The notes under the pieces: model-generated
Databases searched by the model: none
What the model was told of the DNA's origin: nothing
Seen by the model: only the letters and a program-made list of their open reading frames with translations
Shown here: positions 60,621 through 64,000 of the stretch, in pieces
Layout of the letters: every line of letters begins with the position of its first letter
How positions within the stretch are numbered: position 1 is the first letter of the stretch
Made by a program: the position numbers and the translations under genes
Assembly (NCBI GenBank): GCA_051362555.1
Contig: CM120640.1
Coordinates: forward strand, 51,624,788-51,688,787
DNA: 64,000 nucleotides
DNA from: Lingula anatina
Lineage: Eukaryota; Animalia; Brachiopoda
Direction: 5' to 3'

Positions 60621-60833
60621 GGGACCGTTCACATTACATGGAAAGTCTATTTTCTAAAAATCTATTTTCTATTCGCGGTATCTTGTGCGAGCCAGTTACT
60701 TCCAAAGCTGTAATTAATTCTCAGCGCTGCCAGTAATTACGCCGCGGGGTATTCAGGGCACAGACGGTGATTACAAGATACCGCAAATAGAAAATAGATT
60801 TTTAGAAAATAGACTTTCGATGTGAACGGTCCC
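60621..60833. mobile_element. PIF/Harbinger-like MITE with long TIRs
   Basis: GGGACCGTTCACAT...GAAAGTCTATTTTCTAAAAATCTATTTTCTATT.GCGGTATCTTGT is mirrored at the right end (...GATGTGAACGGTCCC). TAA is duplicated at 60618-60620 and 60834-60836. Confidence 0.88.
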
Positions 60834-63589
60834 TAAATCTCATTGGTAAAAGAACTTGAAATTAAAAAAAGTAATTTCGCAAATTTCCAAAATATTTATT
60901 TGAATATCAGAGGCATTGATCAAAGTCACCTCATAACTTAATTTTGATAAGCATTAAAATGAGAGAGGTAGGGGCCTAGATCTACATGTTGGGAGGGGGG
61001 ATACTGCAAAAGTACGAAATTTCTCTGCTTTCACAACGACCTGCCTATTTTACTGCTGACTTCGCAACTGTTAAATAGTCAATAAAACGAGTGTAACTTA
61101 AAAAAAAAAAGATTCTATTTTGGATCCTCTTGAATTCGGATTTTCCCACATAATATCCTTCAGTGTAAAACTTATGAATTTCACGAAGGACTTAGAAGAT
61201 TTTTCAAATAGCTATGTAACACAAAGGCCTACTGATGTTGCTGTGCCACCGTTACATCTTTTTTAAGTAATGAAATCTTTATCCCTGTTTAAAACCGACG
61301 TTTACAACTCAAAATGAAAATGCAAGAAGTGCTTGCGTCTTCCACCAAGAAAAATGCCTATTATTTTTTACTATTTTCTTACCTAGAAATACTTAAGCCT
61401 ATATGATCTCTACAATCTATTTAAGGGCTTTGAGAAACGTGCAAATCAATCATCTTTTTAAAAATTAAGATGAATTATTTGAATTTAATTTTATTAATTA
61501 TTTTATTTATACATTTATTATTTTCATCATCATTAATTTTTTGTGGTGGTGGGAGGACAAAATACAGAGAGCACACAGTATAATTCCCTTGAAAGTTAGT
61601 GTCTACCAGTCATTGGTGAGCATAAATATCAAAATTATCATATTGGGGTATTTGCAGCATCGATATGTTCGACAATGTCTTTGAACTATTGGCAAGAAAT
61701 ACTAGATTAAAAGCCATTATTGCCTAAATTCTTATTTATAGGTAAGGTTTACTTTTCATTCTGGCAAAGTTTTATATTCATTTGAATAATGAAATGAATA
61801 CGAGTGCTTAGATATACTTTATGCAAAGAAATTAAACACTTTTTGCAAAGTGAAAATGGGAATGCAAGTAACCCAAGAAAAAGTAGGCTTAAAACATATA
61901 TCTTAATTCGAAAAACATGAATTTGGAAGTCCAAAGAGTATTAAAAAGTTATTACTGGACGTAAGATTTCTTAAAGCCCCGTTGTTCGTCTTCTCTACCG
62001 CACTAGGACGTAGATCTAGGATTTCTATCAATAGATGTCGTGCCGTTGTGCTATATAATGCTTTGAAAACCGTGTTGATTCGTAACTGCTTTTTGTGGCA
62101 TGAATTCTGTCGTTTCTAAGATGTCTATTATATTACACAGGCATGTGTCATATGAAGTGATAATGAAAATATTTTACGATTAAGTTGTATTATTGTATGT
62201 ATTATTCGCTCTCTTATACGTTTTTTTTTAGGGGGGGGAGGGGGTTAGGACAAATAAAGCTTACATGCAACTCGAATTTAACCTAATCCCCTCTTAAAGT
62301 CTACCTTTGTTTCAAAATTTCAATGTATGGGCAACCAAAGTGTATAGTTGTGTAGGCATAACATACAATTTATACCAAGAAAATAGTAAATAGTAATAAT
62401 TGAGGCTTAGAGAACGAGATCGGACTTAATACATAAAAACTGGACCATATGGTATCTGCCTCTCAAATAATACATGTAGAATTTATCCGATGTTCTTAAA
62501 AAAGTTCAGTGAACATCTGATAAAGTTCATCTATATAATATGCCGAACTTAATTGAATAGAGGACCATTTAGGGTCACAACTCGGTTTCCTGTAGCTGTG
62601 GCTTTTTTCGAATTACGTGAAAGTGCCAATTAACATGCATTTCGTTTATCCCTAATTTTAATTTAATTTTTTTTAAATTGAAATTTAAGATTTAATTGCA
62701 TCAAACACATTGACAAGACAGGACAGGGTGGAATTTGAAATGTGTTTATTTCCTTGGACGGGTTTACAACAAATGAAGATAATATTCGGCTTACATTTAG
62801 CTGATAATGAATTCGTGTGTGTGTGAGGTGGCTGAAGGTTTATTCCATGATTTACAGCGTCATTTTTCTTTGAAGTGCACATGCTCAAGAGAAATCTAAA
62901 GGTGATACCTATATAACTTCAACTGGTGTCCAAAGCCAGCAACGTGGTTTGACGTAGAAAAGATCAAGAATATGATGTCCAGACGTGAAACGCAATCTCA
63001 AGTCTAAGTTAAGAACATACTATCTTAAATGTTAAAGGCCACAGAGAATCATGGCGGTAAACATTATCATTTTGCACAAGTGGAAAAATGCCATGTAGTT
63101 TTTAGCACAACATTACTTCCTATTTCATTTCCAGACTGTTTTTCTACCAAACGTCATATTTGAGAGTTATTCACTTTTAGCCTCAGCTGATACCAAAAAC
63201 TGATCAAGATAGAGCACGCACAGAACACTACAGTGACTTTATTACTTTTTGTGTTTTTTCACTTTCTTTTTGCATTTTGCTCGCTGACTAAGGTGGTTGA
63301 AGGCACATGAGAGGCGAGAAAAAAGTACTTTGGTAAGTAAATATAGGCCAATCAGATCGCCATCATTCCCCTAAGTATCAATACGGTATCCTTCACAGCG
63401 AAGTTTTCTAATAACATATTTTGTCAAAAAAGATTCACAGCATATTTTTACTTGAAGTTCTCATATCTGGTTCCCGATATTTTGAATAGCACTATATTTT
63501 CGTTCCTTCAATCATAGGTAATGAACTTTTAGACAACCCTGTTAAAGTCCACAGGCATTAAAACTGCTTTTCTATCGTTAATGAAACAC

Positions 63590-63669
63590 AGATTAAACGG
63601 CGTTGGCAGTGAGATTTCTCATGAGACGCCGCAGCGCGATTTCTATCTCCCAGGCGCTTGCATTAGCAG
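63590..63669 (+). other. Possible first exon of a gene continuing beyond the right edge
   Basis: CpG-rich patch ending in the strong donor GCAG|GTAAGG (63669/63670). Another donor TG|GTAAGT lies at ~63333. No coding evidence. Confidence 0.25.
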
Positions 63670-64000
63670 GTAAGGTTTTCTTTTGATATTCGGTTCATTT
63701 CATTACTTTTTTACTACAACTTTTCACTATCATTGTGTCTTCAATTTCCATGTATAATCTTTGTTCGGTATCATGTAACGATGAGACTCTTTTCCACTAA
63801 CATTAGATTTTTCAATATCATGATGTGATCGGTTTTGTTTTGGGTCAATATTGATAAAGGTTTTGTCAATTCTTTCTTTAATTATTTTGTGAATCTGATG
63901 ACTAGAATTTGTCACTATTTACAAGGAAGCGCTTGCTCCAGGTTTAATATATTTGAACAGTCGAATTAATACACATGTAATCTATTATTATTATTATTTT

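Overview
AT-rich, intron-rich animal genomic DNA. The myosin light chain sequence and the repeat types suggest a lophotrochozoan (mollusc- or annelid-like); this is inferred, not proven. I assembled exons by hand from GT-AG sites and reading-frame continuity, which gives five protein-coding genes. (1) The 5' part of an uncharacterised, possibly iRhom-like gene (- strand, runs off the left edge). (2) NELF-B/COBRA1 (-, 7 coding exons). (3) ADP-ribosylhydrolase ARH3 (+, 7 coding exons), head-to-head with NELF-B. (4) A muscle-type myosin regulatory light chain (+). (5) Cytosolic purine 5'-nucleotidase NT5C2 (-, 17 coding exons). Three things stand out. First, the RLC gene has several candidate alternative first exons, two paralogous exon-2 variants and three paralogous exon-4 variants, with RBFOX, CArG and E-box motifs nearby. 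Second, a 3.6-kb Helentron/HINE-like element in the last NELF-B intron carries a 146-bp higher-order satellite whose units contain a nuclear-receptor DR1 element. Third, there are several non-autonomous DNA transposons, including two different CAGGC-ended elements with 5-bp target duplications. Most short ORFs in the supplied track are spurious. No tRNA, rRNA or CRISPR features were seen.
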